NCBI GenBank assembly: GCA_026026165.1
Contig: JAPEUD010000017.1
Location: forward strand, 1 to 64,000
Origin: Sarea resinae
Taxonomy: Eukaryota
Length of the DNA stretch: 64,000 bases
Direction: 5' to 3'
Below the pieces are notes generated by a model that saw only the letters and a list, made by a program, of their open reading frames with translations, did not search any database and was not told the DNA's origin. Both the position numbers and the translations under genes were made by a program. Within the stretch, counting starts at the first letter, position 1; every line of letters begins with the position of its first letter. This document shows, in pieces, positions 11,931-22,930 of this stretch.

Positions 11931-12765
11931 GGCGAGAGATGGGGGAGGACAGATCTCGTCGGGGGGCGTTTGCTCTCTGTCTCTCTCTCTCTCTCTGGAC
12001 GGTTTGGAGTTTGTCGATTTCTTTGGGGAAACGCGGAGGATGAGGCGAGTGCACGGACCAGGGGAATCAGGTGAGATCTACGATCTTCGGTGTACTCTGT
12101 ACCCGTCGGGCTTGCTGAACAATCCACGGCGGCTGGATGGGTGGATGGAGACACGAAGGACGTGTACTCCGTAGGGGGAAAAGGGCTCTGCTTTCGGTAC
12201 AGGCCTCGTAGTCGTAGAGCAAGCCCGTCCTTGGGCAGCTGGAGGCCATGAGAGGGTCGCATTCAATAGCATCAATGATGTCGACTGAGGGATGTACGCA
12301 GTATGATGTCCTCGAGTGTCCGAATCATCACCTACTCCGGCGTGCTCACCGCCTTGGCACCACCGCCAATCCGAGGATCCTGTTGCTCCGCTGGCTGAGT
12401 CAGGCAAGAGTCCTGCCAGATGCAGTCTCGTCACTCGGATGAAACAGAGTGGTACGAGGGAGTACGAGGGACGACCCGTCTCGTCGCAGCCCGGAGAAGT
12501 AGCTGCCCGTACCTCGCGCCTCTGTCGTCACGGCGTTGTTGGCCGTCTCCGGTGGGGAAAAGATACGTCTGATAAGCCATCACGGGAATCGTCTCGTGTG
12601 CCGACGACCGTCTCCAGCGTACCTGCCGTGGCCATCGATGCCGCCACAGGAGAGCGGTGTTTTGTGTTTCTGTTTTCATTGCGTCCGTCGTGCCTGCTGT
12701 ATTCACGAGTAATCGACCCCCATCTCCCCTGGCGAGTGCTCGCCCGCCGCGCCTGTCCCGTCGTC

Positions 12766-15737
12766 ATGGACGACCACCACGACCACCTCGACCACCTCGA
12801 CCACCTGCAGTCCGATGAGGCAGGCGGCTCTGCTCCACGTTCCGCACGAGACCTCCAGCTGCCACTGCCAGATCTCGGCCGGCCTGGTCCAGCTCCCTTG
12901 CTTCCACGCACCGCCACCGCGTGCGTGACGGATGACGCTCACACCGATGCCATCCGCACCTGCCCTCTATTCTCGAACCCTTCTCCCGCCCGTCTCGCAA
13001 CCGCAAACATGCTACCACGCTCCTCTTCCTCTCCCTCTCCCTCTCCCGGTCCGACGAACCATCCAGCATCATTGGGCTCGAACGGCCCCACGGCCTCCTC
13101 ACGCTCGCTGCCGTTGCTGAGCTCTCTTTCGTCTACTGCGGCCCGGAGGGTTCCGCCGATCAACGATGCGACGTCTCCCTCGACAGGCACCCCGCATATG
13201 CCGAGACTGGAGAAGGAAACCGAGGACCCCTCCACTCCGGTCGAGCGAAGTGCTCTCGACGAGCAACGAGCTGTCCATACGCCGATAGCCCTGGCGCAGC
13301 TTTTCGCGGCGGCCGGAGGTTCAACCTCGCCGCTGGAGACCAGGCAACCGTCATATACCCTTGCCCGGTCCAACCAGGAATATTTCCAAGGTAAGCTGTC
13401 CTTGTGGATGCCACAGACCCAAGTAAAAAATCCCTGTGATTGACGTCATCTAAGCTGCTTCGGAGATGGCGTCTCTACCTCATCACCTCTACACTCGTGG
13501 CCTCATCAGCGGGCGGCATTCGGACATCGCTGTCCATGCCTTCTCGACCCGCTACGACCTGCATCGCCTGATACTCGACCGTGCTCCGTTCTTTTGTTCT
13601 GCCTTGTCCGAGCCCTGGTTTGAGAGCTCTGCGAAAGAAATCACTCTCCATCCCGAGGACCTCGATAGTAATATCACCCAGGGTGCATTTGAGATTGCAC
13701 TGAAACGTCTCTACGGCCATACGGATCCGACTGAAGACGACAAGGAGGCTATTGGGCTGTTCGCCACTGCATGCTGGCTGGAGATGGCTGATCTGATCGA
13801 CTGGAGTGTCGGCTCCTTGCTGCGTCAACTATGCCCATCAAACATCTCCCAGTTGATCGGGCTCGTGACAAGCAATTATTACGGCAATCATGGAGAGAGA
13901 ATTCTGGCATCAGCGAGAGCCATGCTTTGCAAAGATGGCTGGGAAATGCCTTTGCAGTATTGGGATGGGATTTCTGGCGAGATTGTTCGTGAGTTAGTTG
14001 GGGGCGACGGCTTCTTCGTCCCCGGGGAGTGGGAGAGATGGGTCCTTGCAAAAAAGCTACTGGATAGACGATTAAGACTGAAAGCCATAGAGGTAGGTCT
14101 GTTCAGTCCCGATTCGAAGCATAGAGCCAAGCCTCCGAAGTCGATCGCCTTCATGGCGGTCAGGTTCGATACGGTTTACCGGCAGAATTTCATCAGCGGC
14201 GGTCGGCAGATTTCCGAGAATCACGACCCGTGGGTCGCACTCTACACGTGTCCTGAAGTTTCTCCTCTATTGGTCCTGCTCGATGAAGGCATACACTACG
14301 TTCATATGACCTTTGAACAGCTACAATTCATTCGGTCGCAGCGAGATTTCCTCGGGTTGCCAGTCTTACCGGAACGAGTCATTTCAAATGCTCTCTGGAT
14401 GGGCATGGAACTGCGACAGAAAGTAGTCAATGCGAAAGAGCTCGACTTGGAGTTGGGGCTCAGGCAAGAAGCCGAAGAGCGAGAAGACGGCGAAGACCAT
14501 GTGACGACGACTGAGCAGAACTCGCCTGGTCTTGCTGATGTCGATCCGTCCGATTATAGTCCCACCAAAGGAAAGTGGGTCGATGTTGAAGCCGAGGAAG
14601 ATGAAGAGGAGCAGACCGAGTCAGGAAGCTGGGACGGTAACGGGAAACCTCGCAAGTTTTGGATACCGAGCGTTGACCAGACCATGTTCCTGGGCGGACT
14701 ACCTGATCACTTGCAGTCATCTTCGAATCATAATTTGCAAAGACCTGGATCTGGTCAGGCGTCTCGATTATCAGCTACGATTCAGCCAGAAGACGTCCAA
14801 TGGGCGTCGGACTGTATGGCTGCCACGGACCAACCACCATCTCCTCGAGAAGGTCCGGCGCCTGCACCAATATGTTATACACATTTTCCACCTTTCAGGT
14901 TCTCCGCCGAATTTCCAAATCCTCGTCTTCTCAAAGAGAAGAAGCGCGTCTATTCCAGGACGGTTTGGTATGCGGGCAGTATGTGGAATGTTTACATTCA
15001 GAAACAGCGCTCGAGTAAGGGCAGTCATCTGGGTGTCTACTTGCATAGAGCCAAGGAACGCGACGAGGAAGATAAACATGGTATTGGACGTCTCGCGCGC
15101 GGCTCAGTCGACGAGAGGATCGGACACTTGGAGAGAGAGATGCTGATGCGGTCATCGGAGCGAAGAGCCCGTCATCGGGAAGAGCTGCAACAGACGGGGC
15201 CACAGCAGGAAGGTGACGATGACACGAGTGGATCTGGTGGAGATGTGGATGCTACTCTTGTCGCACCAAGCTCAAGCATGAGGTCGGCTGGATTGAGTAA
15301 TCTGCTCAGGGGCACCAGCAGTGGGAAGAACTCGCAGACTCCGCACGCCACCTTGCTGAATCTTCCAGGTGGAGCTCAGGGTGATGATGGCGATGGAGAT
15401 AGGGCATTGGCGGATGCTACTGCGAAGTTCCGCGTGTCAACCTTGCCGCCGTACGTTGATTGCAGGCCCACGATCAAAACATACTTCAAGATCTACTCGC
15501 CAAGTAGGGGTGGCAGGATGCTCAGCGTCTACGAGAGTGCTCCAGATCAGTTCAACTTCAGCCAAAGTTGGGGCTGGAAGAGTAGCGCTTTGGGTTTGGA
15601 TGATGGAATTCTGGGATGCGAAGAGGCGGGACGCGGAAAGAACGCGCGGCTGCGATTCATGGTTGTGATCGGTTCGTTTTACAAGTACCCTCTCTCGTCT
15701 TCGGTCCGCTAATGAGGAGATTCTAGGCAACACGTAA
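12766..15737 (+). CDS. Conserved fungal BTB/POZ-domain protein with C-terminal MATH-like domain
   Basis: BTB signature HSDIAVHAF..YDLHRLILDRAPFF..AL; C-terminal RFSAEF / WYAGSMWNVYIQK / FSQSWGW. Introns 13391-13454 and 15672-15726. In-frame ATGs at 12766 and 13009 make the start uncertain. Confidence 0.75.
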
Positions 15738-16542
15738 AATACCAGGCGTCGGAATGTATCTTTATCATGGGCTGGCGTGGAAGAGGGGTTTCACCGGGGC
15801 AGCGATTAGAGTCATCGATATTGTGTCTGCAGATCATGAGCTGTGGACTTTTGGGTGCTGGGTGGTCGATATCTCTTCTTCGTCAGATTGCAGGGTGTTG
15901 TTGAGATGCGAGGCTAGGCATCTGTTGCTCGCGGGAGTCACTCGTTCAGAGCTCAACAGCGAAAATGCATTACGATTGATGATAACGGAATGAAGAACTA
16001 ATTCGGAAGCGTGATATCTCTCAAGATCGATCTTGCTGATATGGAATCTCTGGTGGATCAGTCTCCGAGAGTCCAGTGATTTGACAGCTGTCAGACGTGC
16101 TCTGTCCGCGGCGGCCGCAAGCGCAAGCGCAAGGGTGGAAATGGGATCAGATCAGATCGGCAGGGTGCACTCGTACCGCCGTAGTAAGGTAGTCAGGGAC
16201 AGATGACGTCCTAAGCAGGAAGCGGTATGGCATCTGTACTTCGAGTCTGGTACCTCTGCGCTCCTTTGGCCGCGAAGAGTACCGTCTATTAATAAAACCC
16301 ACGTACCTCGTACAGTTCTGTTCCAACAGACGTTGCCCATTGCGAACTGCCAGTCACCGGTTGAATCAGCTGTGGAATGTGCAGTCCAGAGCGTGAACTC
16401 ACCTCAACCTCAATCTTCTGCTTTTCTCCACACCACCTCCTGATTCCATTTGACCTTGTTGATTCAAGCTTCAGCAGCGCATCGAAGACCTTGATCCCGA
16501 CCCCTTCGACGCCGAATTCCGCTACAACCTCCCATCACCACC

Positions 16543-18081
16543 ATGCTTCACATCCCCACTAGGGAGAAAGGAGGCCACGCTCCAGCGACAAAAGCTGTCG
16601 TCCTGGTGAGCTTGCAACGAGAATCAGATGATTGTTGCTCTTACTGAATATCTTCTCTCAGGTCGGTGGCCCGTCTCGAGGTACTAGATTCAGACCACTG
16701 TCTCTAGATGTGCCCAAGGTAGATATCCACCCTACACCTACTATGTCGAGCTGCCAGGCTCAGACGCTTGCGGCACGACTTGGGTCTCAATTAGGCTGAT
16801 TATTTCTCCAGCCCCTTTTCGATGTCGCTGGCCACCCGATCATCTGGCATTGCTTCAAGGCCATCGAGAAGGTGCCTGAAATCCGCGAGGTCTTCCTCGT
16901 GGGCTACTATGACGAGTCCGTCTTTCACAGCTTCATCAATGACGCCGCAAAGGAATTTCCGCACATGAAAATCAAATACCTGCGAGAGTACCAGGCGCTC
17001 GGAACTGCTGGTGGTCTATATCACTTCCGCGACGCCATCCTCAAAGGCCGGCCTGACCGCTTCTTTGTGCTCAATGCCGATGTCTGCTGCTCCTTTCCGC
17101 TCAACGATATGCTGAGGTTGTTCGAGGAGAAGGACGCAGAGGCAGTCATCCTAGGCACCAGAGTGAGCAACGAGGCCGCGACCAATTTTGGTTGCATCGT
17201 CTCCGATGCGCACACCAAGCGGGTTCTTCACTACGTCGAAAAGCCAGAATCGCACATCTCGAACCTGATCAACTGTGGTGTTTACCTCTTCTCGACCGAA
17301 TGCATCTTCCCCTCCATCCGCACCGCGATCAAACGCCGCACCGACCGGCCCCGCATGATCTCGTACCCGTCCTCGGAGGCCCTCGACACCTCCACTTTCT
17401 TCACCGAACGCGAAGACGAAGACGGCGAGCGCACAGAAGTCATCCGCCTCGAGCAAGACATTCTATCTGACCTAGCCGATAGCAAGCAGTTTTTTGTTTA
17501 CGAAACCAAAGACTTCTGGCGTCAGATCAAGACCGCGGGGTCCGCCGTGCCGGCCAATGCGCTGTACCTCCAGAAAGCCTTCCAATCCGGATCCGACGAA
17601 CTCGCCGCCCCGTCGGCCAACGTCGTGCCGCCAGTATTCATCCATCCCTCAGCGCAAGTCGACCCGACCGCGAAACTCGGCCCCAACGTCTCTGTCGGCC
17701 CGCGTGCCGTCGTGGGTGCCGGAGTGCGCATCAAGGAGTCGATCGTGCTCGAGGAGGCCGAGATCAAGCATGACGCCTGCGTGCTGTATTCGATCATCGG
17801 CTGGAACAGCCGCGTGGGAGCGTGGGCGCGCGTCGAGGGCACCGCCACGCCGGTCAGTAGCCACACGACCAGCATCGTCAAGAATGGCGTCAAGGTCCAG
17901 AGCATCACCATTCTCGGCAAGGAGTGCGGCGTTGGCGACGAGGTTCGCGTGCAGAATTGCGTCTGTTTGCCCTACAAGGAATTGAAACGGGTCCGTTCTT
18001 CTCTTGTTTCTCTCTCTTCTATACAATGGCTGACTCTTTGTTTGAATCGAATAGGACGTCGCGAACGAAGTCATCATGTAG
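16543..18081 (+). CDS. Mannose-1-phosphate guanylyltransferase, GMPPA/Mpg2-type subunit
   Basis: KAVVL|VGGPSRGTRFRPLSLDVPK|PLFDVAG, LGTAGGLYHFRD, NADVCC and a hexapeptide beta-helix. Introns about 16606-16661, 16719-16811 and 17991-18054. Confidence 0.92.
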
Positions 18082-18224
18082 TCCTACTTCTCGTTTCCGT
18101 TGTCTCCCGATATCCACCATTACGTACGCCCCTGTTTGCCATTCCTCCATAGTCGCCGGTGCCAACTCTCCCCAAAAAGAACCTCGGCCGCCATAGTTGC
18201 AGTTCACAATATTTGTTCAACCTA

Positions 18225-19100
18225 CCTTATCTACCTACCAACCTATTGATTGATCTATCTATTAAGCTCTCTACCTACCTACCTATCTATCTATCCATCC
18301 ATCTATTAGACCAGCTTACCTGCCTTATCCTGCCGTGTTCATCTGCCTTTGGTGCATTGTGCTGCTATTGAAAAGTGATGTTAAACCAATCATCCAATCA
18401 CTTTTGCAAAAAAATTCAATTCCGCGTCGTATCATATCGTCTCGCGTCCCATGGTGTCCAAAAACGGAAAACGGAAAACAAAAAGAAAGCAAATACTACT
18501 CTCTGCTTCGCTTCGATGAGTTGAGATGAGACGGGATAGATTGGGATGGGCATAGGATGAGCTGAGTTGAGTCGAGAATGAGATAGGATAGGATGACATG
18601 AGATAGGAGGGGAATAGGATAGGTATAGGATGGGTTGGGATATGCTATATTATGCAATGCTAGGATAGGTAGGTTAGAGACGTGTATTATCCATCGCCTC
18701 AACATGGGACGGACCACGACTATGACGATTGTCTAGAACTATCATTATGAGTATAATCATGACTACGTCTGTAAACTATGGGATGGGATAGGAGAACAAA
18801 CGTTTGTGATGGCGGCGGCGGCGGTGATGATTGTAGTGGTGGCGGGTATTGTAGTGGTGGTGATGGTGGCTTGGTAGTGGTGGTAGAGTGGTTGTAGTGG
18901 TTGTAGTAGTAGGAGATAGAAAGGGGAAGGGTGGCGAACGGAAATATGAGGGAGGTGAGGGAAGGGAAAGGAAAAGAGAAGAGGAAGGGAGGCTTCATCT
19001 GCTCTCTGCAGTTGGTTCCGTTTCTTGTTTTGTTCTGGTAGTCTACCTAGCTAGCTCTTGTTTTCTTTCTTTCTTTCTTTCTTCGTTTGTTCGTTTGTGG
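18225..19100. repeat. Compound SSR / low-complexity intergenic tract
   Basis: CTAC/CTAT tetramers, GATAG/GATGG/GATGA pentamers, GTG/GTA trimers and TTTC/TTCG tetramers in succession. Confidence 0.85.
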
Positions 19101-19313
19101 GTTTGCTGGGAGATTTCTTCATAGATCCATCCAACATCCAGCAGACATTGCTCCAGCAGACATTTCTTGCTCTCCAACCATCCATTAAGCAAGCAATTAG
19201 GCAGGCAAATGACAGGCCATAATTTTGATTGAAAACTCAGAATCAAGTCGACCTCGATTCAATTCAATTCATTTCCATTGGAACCAAGCAAGTACGCAGG
19301 CCAAGCAAGCAGG

Positions 19314-20349
19314 TCAAGCATACATATCATCCCACTCCTCCTCGTCGTCTTCTTCTTGTTGTTGTCCTTGTCCCGGCCCCGCCTTCTCCGCCGCCTTTTT
19401 CTTCTCCTCCTCCTCCCGTCTCAGCTTCTCCTCGGCCGGCTTCTTTACCAGGTCGATGCGGTCGAGCGGGCAGGTCGGGTGCAGCTTGAGCCAAGGCGTG
19501 ATGCATTCGAGGTCGAAGATGTGGGATTTGTGGCATGGGAGGCGGACGACGAGCGGGTAGGGGTCTGGGTTGTAGATGTTAGGTGGGGTTTCGGAGGAAA
19601 GTGTGGGAGGGGGAAAGGTGGAAGAAGGGAAGGTGGAAGAAGGGAAGGTGGAAGAAGGGAGGTGGGAGAAGGGAGATATGTACCATCGAGAAAGGGGTTA
19701 TTGCAGATCGGACACACGTCTGTCGGCTTGAGTTTCGCTTTCGGTATACGGTCGAGATCTGTGATTGGCGTGCCGCGGCGAGGACTCCGGGTTAGCCATC
19801 TTTGAATCCATAGCCGTTCACTGCGGATCCATCCATGAGAGCAAAGGAAAACCGTGACATACCGGCCAGAAACTCATCTCCTACGCCCTTGACTTCTCGT
19901 GGCGGCGCCTCGGCCTCGCCCATCAACGTGCTGATCAGGCTCTCTAGTAATTCGCTGTTTCCCCCGGCTCCTCCTTGTGCGCCACCACCGCCCTCGACGC
20001 GCATTACTTCAAAGGCATCGGCGAGCGTGCGGAAGGTCGCTGCTACGTCGCCGGGCGTCGGCACGGCGTGCGGGTTGTGGTGCGGTGCCGCGGCCGTCGA
20101 GGATGTGTCGATTTGCGAGAGGGCGGAGAAGAAGGTCGAGAGGTCTGGGCGGCGGGGAGGGGGCGCCGAGGTCGTTGTTGGGGCGGGGATGTCGTGCTCA
20201 ACTTTTGCACCGGAGGAGAGGGTGTCAGTGTTCTTGCTTTGTCTGGGCTTTCTGGTGGGGGTAAAGGGTACGCAAAGGAGGAAGAACAGGATTTAGATGA
20301 AGAGGAGGGAGGGGCAGAGTCGCGCAGACTCACCTTCGTAGGTAGCCAT
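19314..20349 (-). CDS. Small RING-H2 finger protein (YBR062C-like putative E3 ligase), 4 exons
   Basis: Spliced product contains CPICNNPFLD|DPYPLVVRLPCHKSHIFDLECITPWLKLHPTCPLDR and ends in an acidic tail EEEWDDMYA*. Introns about 20202-20333, 19759-19862 and 19565-19683. Confidence 0.85.
19612..19674. repeat. 15-bp purine-rich minisatellite (GGAAGGTGGAAGAAG), about 4 copies, inside an intron
   Basis: Direct tandem copies visible in intron 3 of the RING gene. Confidence 0.85.
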
Positions 20350-20737
20350 CTTGAAAGATGGACACTGATAACCCGAATATCCGAACTCGACTGTTCAATT
20401 CGGATATCGAGATATCAAGAGATTGAAGATTGAGATAGTTGCTTTTCGTGGAGTGATAGTTGTGGAAAATATAGGTCGAAAGCGTCGGAGAAGATACCGC
20501 GAGGCAGGCAGCGAGATTGATGACGTTCCCTGCTCAGGGTCTGTGCGATAAGATTAGATCTCTCTGCGAAGTACTCCGTACCTATTTACACGTCGCGTCT
20601 CCCAACCGCATTTAATCGCGTCCACCTCCATCTTCGTCTGCACTCGCGTCAGCTCCTGAAACTTTCAACTTGCACCTTCAGCGCATCAGCCCAATTGGAC
20701 TGTCACTCAGCTATTCAAGTATCTTTGATACTGCCAG

Positions 20738-22303
20738 ATGGATCAAGACATTCCCATTCCGACCATCGAGGTCTCAATCCCGACCGTCGAGCCTGCACCA
20801 CGACGCGGTCGACGGAAGGTAATCCGCACGGCGTCGGAAGAGGCACAATTCAAAGAACAGCAGAGAATCAACAGAAACGAGGCAGCACAGCGCCGTCGAA
20901 ACAAGAAACACCACGAGATGCGCGAGCTTCAGTACAGCCTGATGGCCCAGAAATCGCGACTGGAGGGACAGTTGAAGGCTCAGGTGGCCGCAAGAGAAGA
21001 GGCGAATCGTTTCAAGTCTCCGTCTTCTCAAGAGCATACTGTTGAGGAGTGGTTGGCTATGTTGGAGAGAGGCTTAGCTGCCGAGGAAGAGGAGGAGGAT
21101 GATAATGGTGATGATGATGAAAGGGCTGCTTGGGAGGCTAGAAACGCGGCTTGGGACGCTGAGCTAAGGGATTTGGACGCCGAAGAAGTGGCTGTGAAAG
21201 CTAGATTGGCGGCTTTGAAGGCTGAGAACAAGGCTCTGAACGCTTCCAGACCACTACCATCGCCATCAAGCTCTTCATCTTCCGAGCTGTTTCCATCTGC
21301 AGGGTCTTTATTGCGTCCGGAGCAGAGAAGGAACGAAGCGAATGCTGCCGATCCTCCGGCATCTGCAAGGCCTTGGAGTCTCTCCTCTGCTTCTCCGGAG
21401 TTCCTAGAGAAGGAGCGATGTTACCTTGAACGAATTCGACGAGCAGAAGAGGAAGTAGAAAAAGCCAGGAAGGAGGCCCATGAGGCTTATGCAGCAGGAT
21501 ACAAAGCCGGCAAAGCTGATGCAGCAGAGTGGAGGGCACCACCATCTTCCACTCGACATACTCCGGCTTACACATCTGTGGAGTCTCTACTTCGCCGGGA
21601 GCGAGCGATGAAAGCGGCCAAGGTATCCTCTCCAGCTTCGATCCACCCAACATCCTCGACGTCTCGGAAGCAGTCGGCCATCGAACGGGCCGAGACCGTC
21701 ATCGACGAGGCTGAAAAGGCCCTTGCGGCAACTTCACAAGAAGCCTCGACCTCACCTCCCGAACCAGATTATACTTCCGCAGAGTCCTTGTTCCGTCTAG
21801 AGCGGAACCTCAACGCTGCGATAGCTTCTTCTGCCGCTCGAACGGCCTCGACGCCCTCGAGCTCGACGCCACTTCTAAACCCTCGGGACACATCCACACG
21901 TCCGGCGGGCTCGCGCCCTCTGGCAACTGCACTAGCACGGCTAGACCCCCACGCATCTACCTATCGCTCACCATACGCGAAACCTCCCCAACCCACAGGA
22001 CCTCCAAGTTCTTCTTCACCATTGCCCCATGATCCCTCTCGATCTAGACCATCTTTGCATCCGTACGGCGCTGCAACATCTTCCAATCCTTACCCCCCTG
22101 CAACATCCTCGAGACCGTCCGCACCGAAACAAGCCTGCGCTATATGCCGGCAGCGTAAAGTACGATGCGATCCGGGCCTCAGCGATGACTCTGGCGATGG
22201 GAAATGTGCGCGATGTCTAATCGAAGGCAAAGGCTGCCACTACCCCGGCATGAAACGGAAAAGAGGGCTGTCTTCGCCTGATGGCGACGGAGATGTGATG
22301 TGA
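20738..22303 (+). CDS. Putative transcription factor with N-terminal bZIP-like region and C-terminal Zn(II)2Cys6 cluster
   Basis: RINRNEAAQRRRNKK followed by a heptad coiled coil; CAICRQRKVRCD-x11-CARC-x6-C at about 22136-22237; KRKR NLS; intronless. Confidence 0.75.
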   Translation: MDQDIPIPTIEVSIPTVEPAPRRGRRKVIRTASEEAQFKEQQRINRNEAAQRRRNKKHHEMRELQYSLMAQKSRLEGQLKAQVAAREEANRFKSPSSQEHTVEEWLAMLERGLAAEEEEEDDNGDDDERAAWEARNAAWDAELRDLDAEEVAVKARLAALKAENKALNASRPLPSPSSSSSSELFPSAGSLLRPEQRRNEANAADPPASARPWSLSSASPEFLEKERCYLERIRRAEEEVEKARKEAHEAYAAGYKAGKADAAEWRAPPSSTRHTPAYTSVESLLRRERAMKAAKVSSPASIHPTSSTSRKQSAIERAETVIDEAEKALAATSQEASTSPPEPDYTSAESLFRLERNLNAAIASSAARTASTPSSSTPLLNPRDTSTRPAGSRPLATALARLDPHASTYRSPYAKPPQPTGPPSSSSPLPHDPSRSRPSLHPYGAATSSNPYPPATSSRPSAPKQACAICRQRKVRCDPGLSDDSGDGKCARCLIEGKGCHYPGMKRKRGLSSPDGDGDVM

Positions 22304-22930
22304 TGGGATGAGATGAGATAAGCTGGGATCTGTTGACCGATCAGCGTTTATGTATAAGGGAGGATGGTAGGGGCCCAAAGAGATATAACCATTCGGATCA
22401 AATATTCATACTAGTTGCAGGCGTTGTCCATCTTGTTTCTCACCTCCTTGGTCTTGGTCTTCCTCGATCTTGACTCTTCGTCATCCATGATACCAGTATT
22501 TCTATACCCAATTTTAGTTCATATGTAATCACTCATATTACTATTATACTATGCATGCACATCGATCTCGATTTTAATGTGGAGAATTTTCTATCTATTT
22601 GGTGTTGGAAAAAGCTAACTACGCTCTCGATCTGCGCATCGCACCGAATTGCTGTCAGAAGAAGAAGAAGCTTCGTGAGCATTGTCATTATCGTTTCTCT
22701 CCCCTTCAAGGCGCCTTTTCATGCCATGCAAGATGCAAGCTAGAGAAAAAAGAAAACACGAACCGCCTTCGCTATGCATTTTCCATTTTCCATTTCCCGT
22801 TTTCCGTTTTCCCGATCCGTAGATGACACCACGCCACCCACATCCCACTAGCCAGGCGCCGCAAAATGCCCAAGTGATTTTCGTGGATAGACCCGAATAA
22901 TCAAAGAAAATTCGTGGATGAAGAAGTGGA

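Noticed and set aside
12316..12765. 5' part of the 375-aa ORF upstream of the BTB gene
   Set aside because: Begins at a non-ATG codon in a GC-rich divergent promoter; more likely 5' UTR or intergenic.
18159..19246. Several short hydrophobic ORFs
   Set aside because: Derived from compound SSRs in 3' UTR or intergenic DNA.
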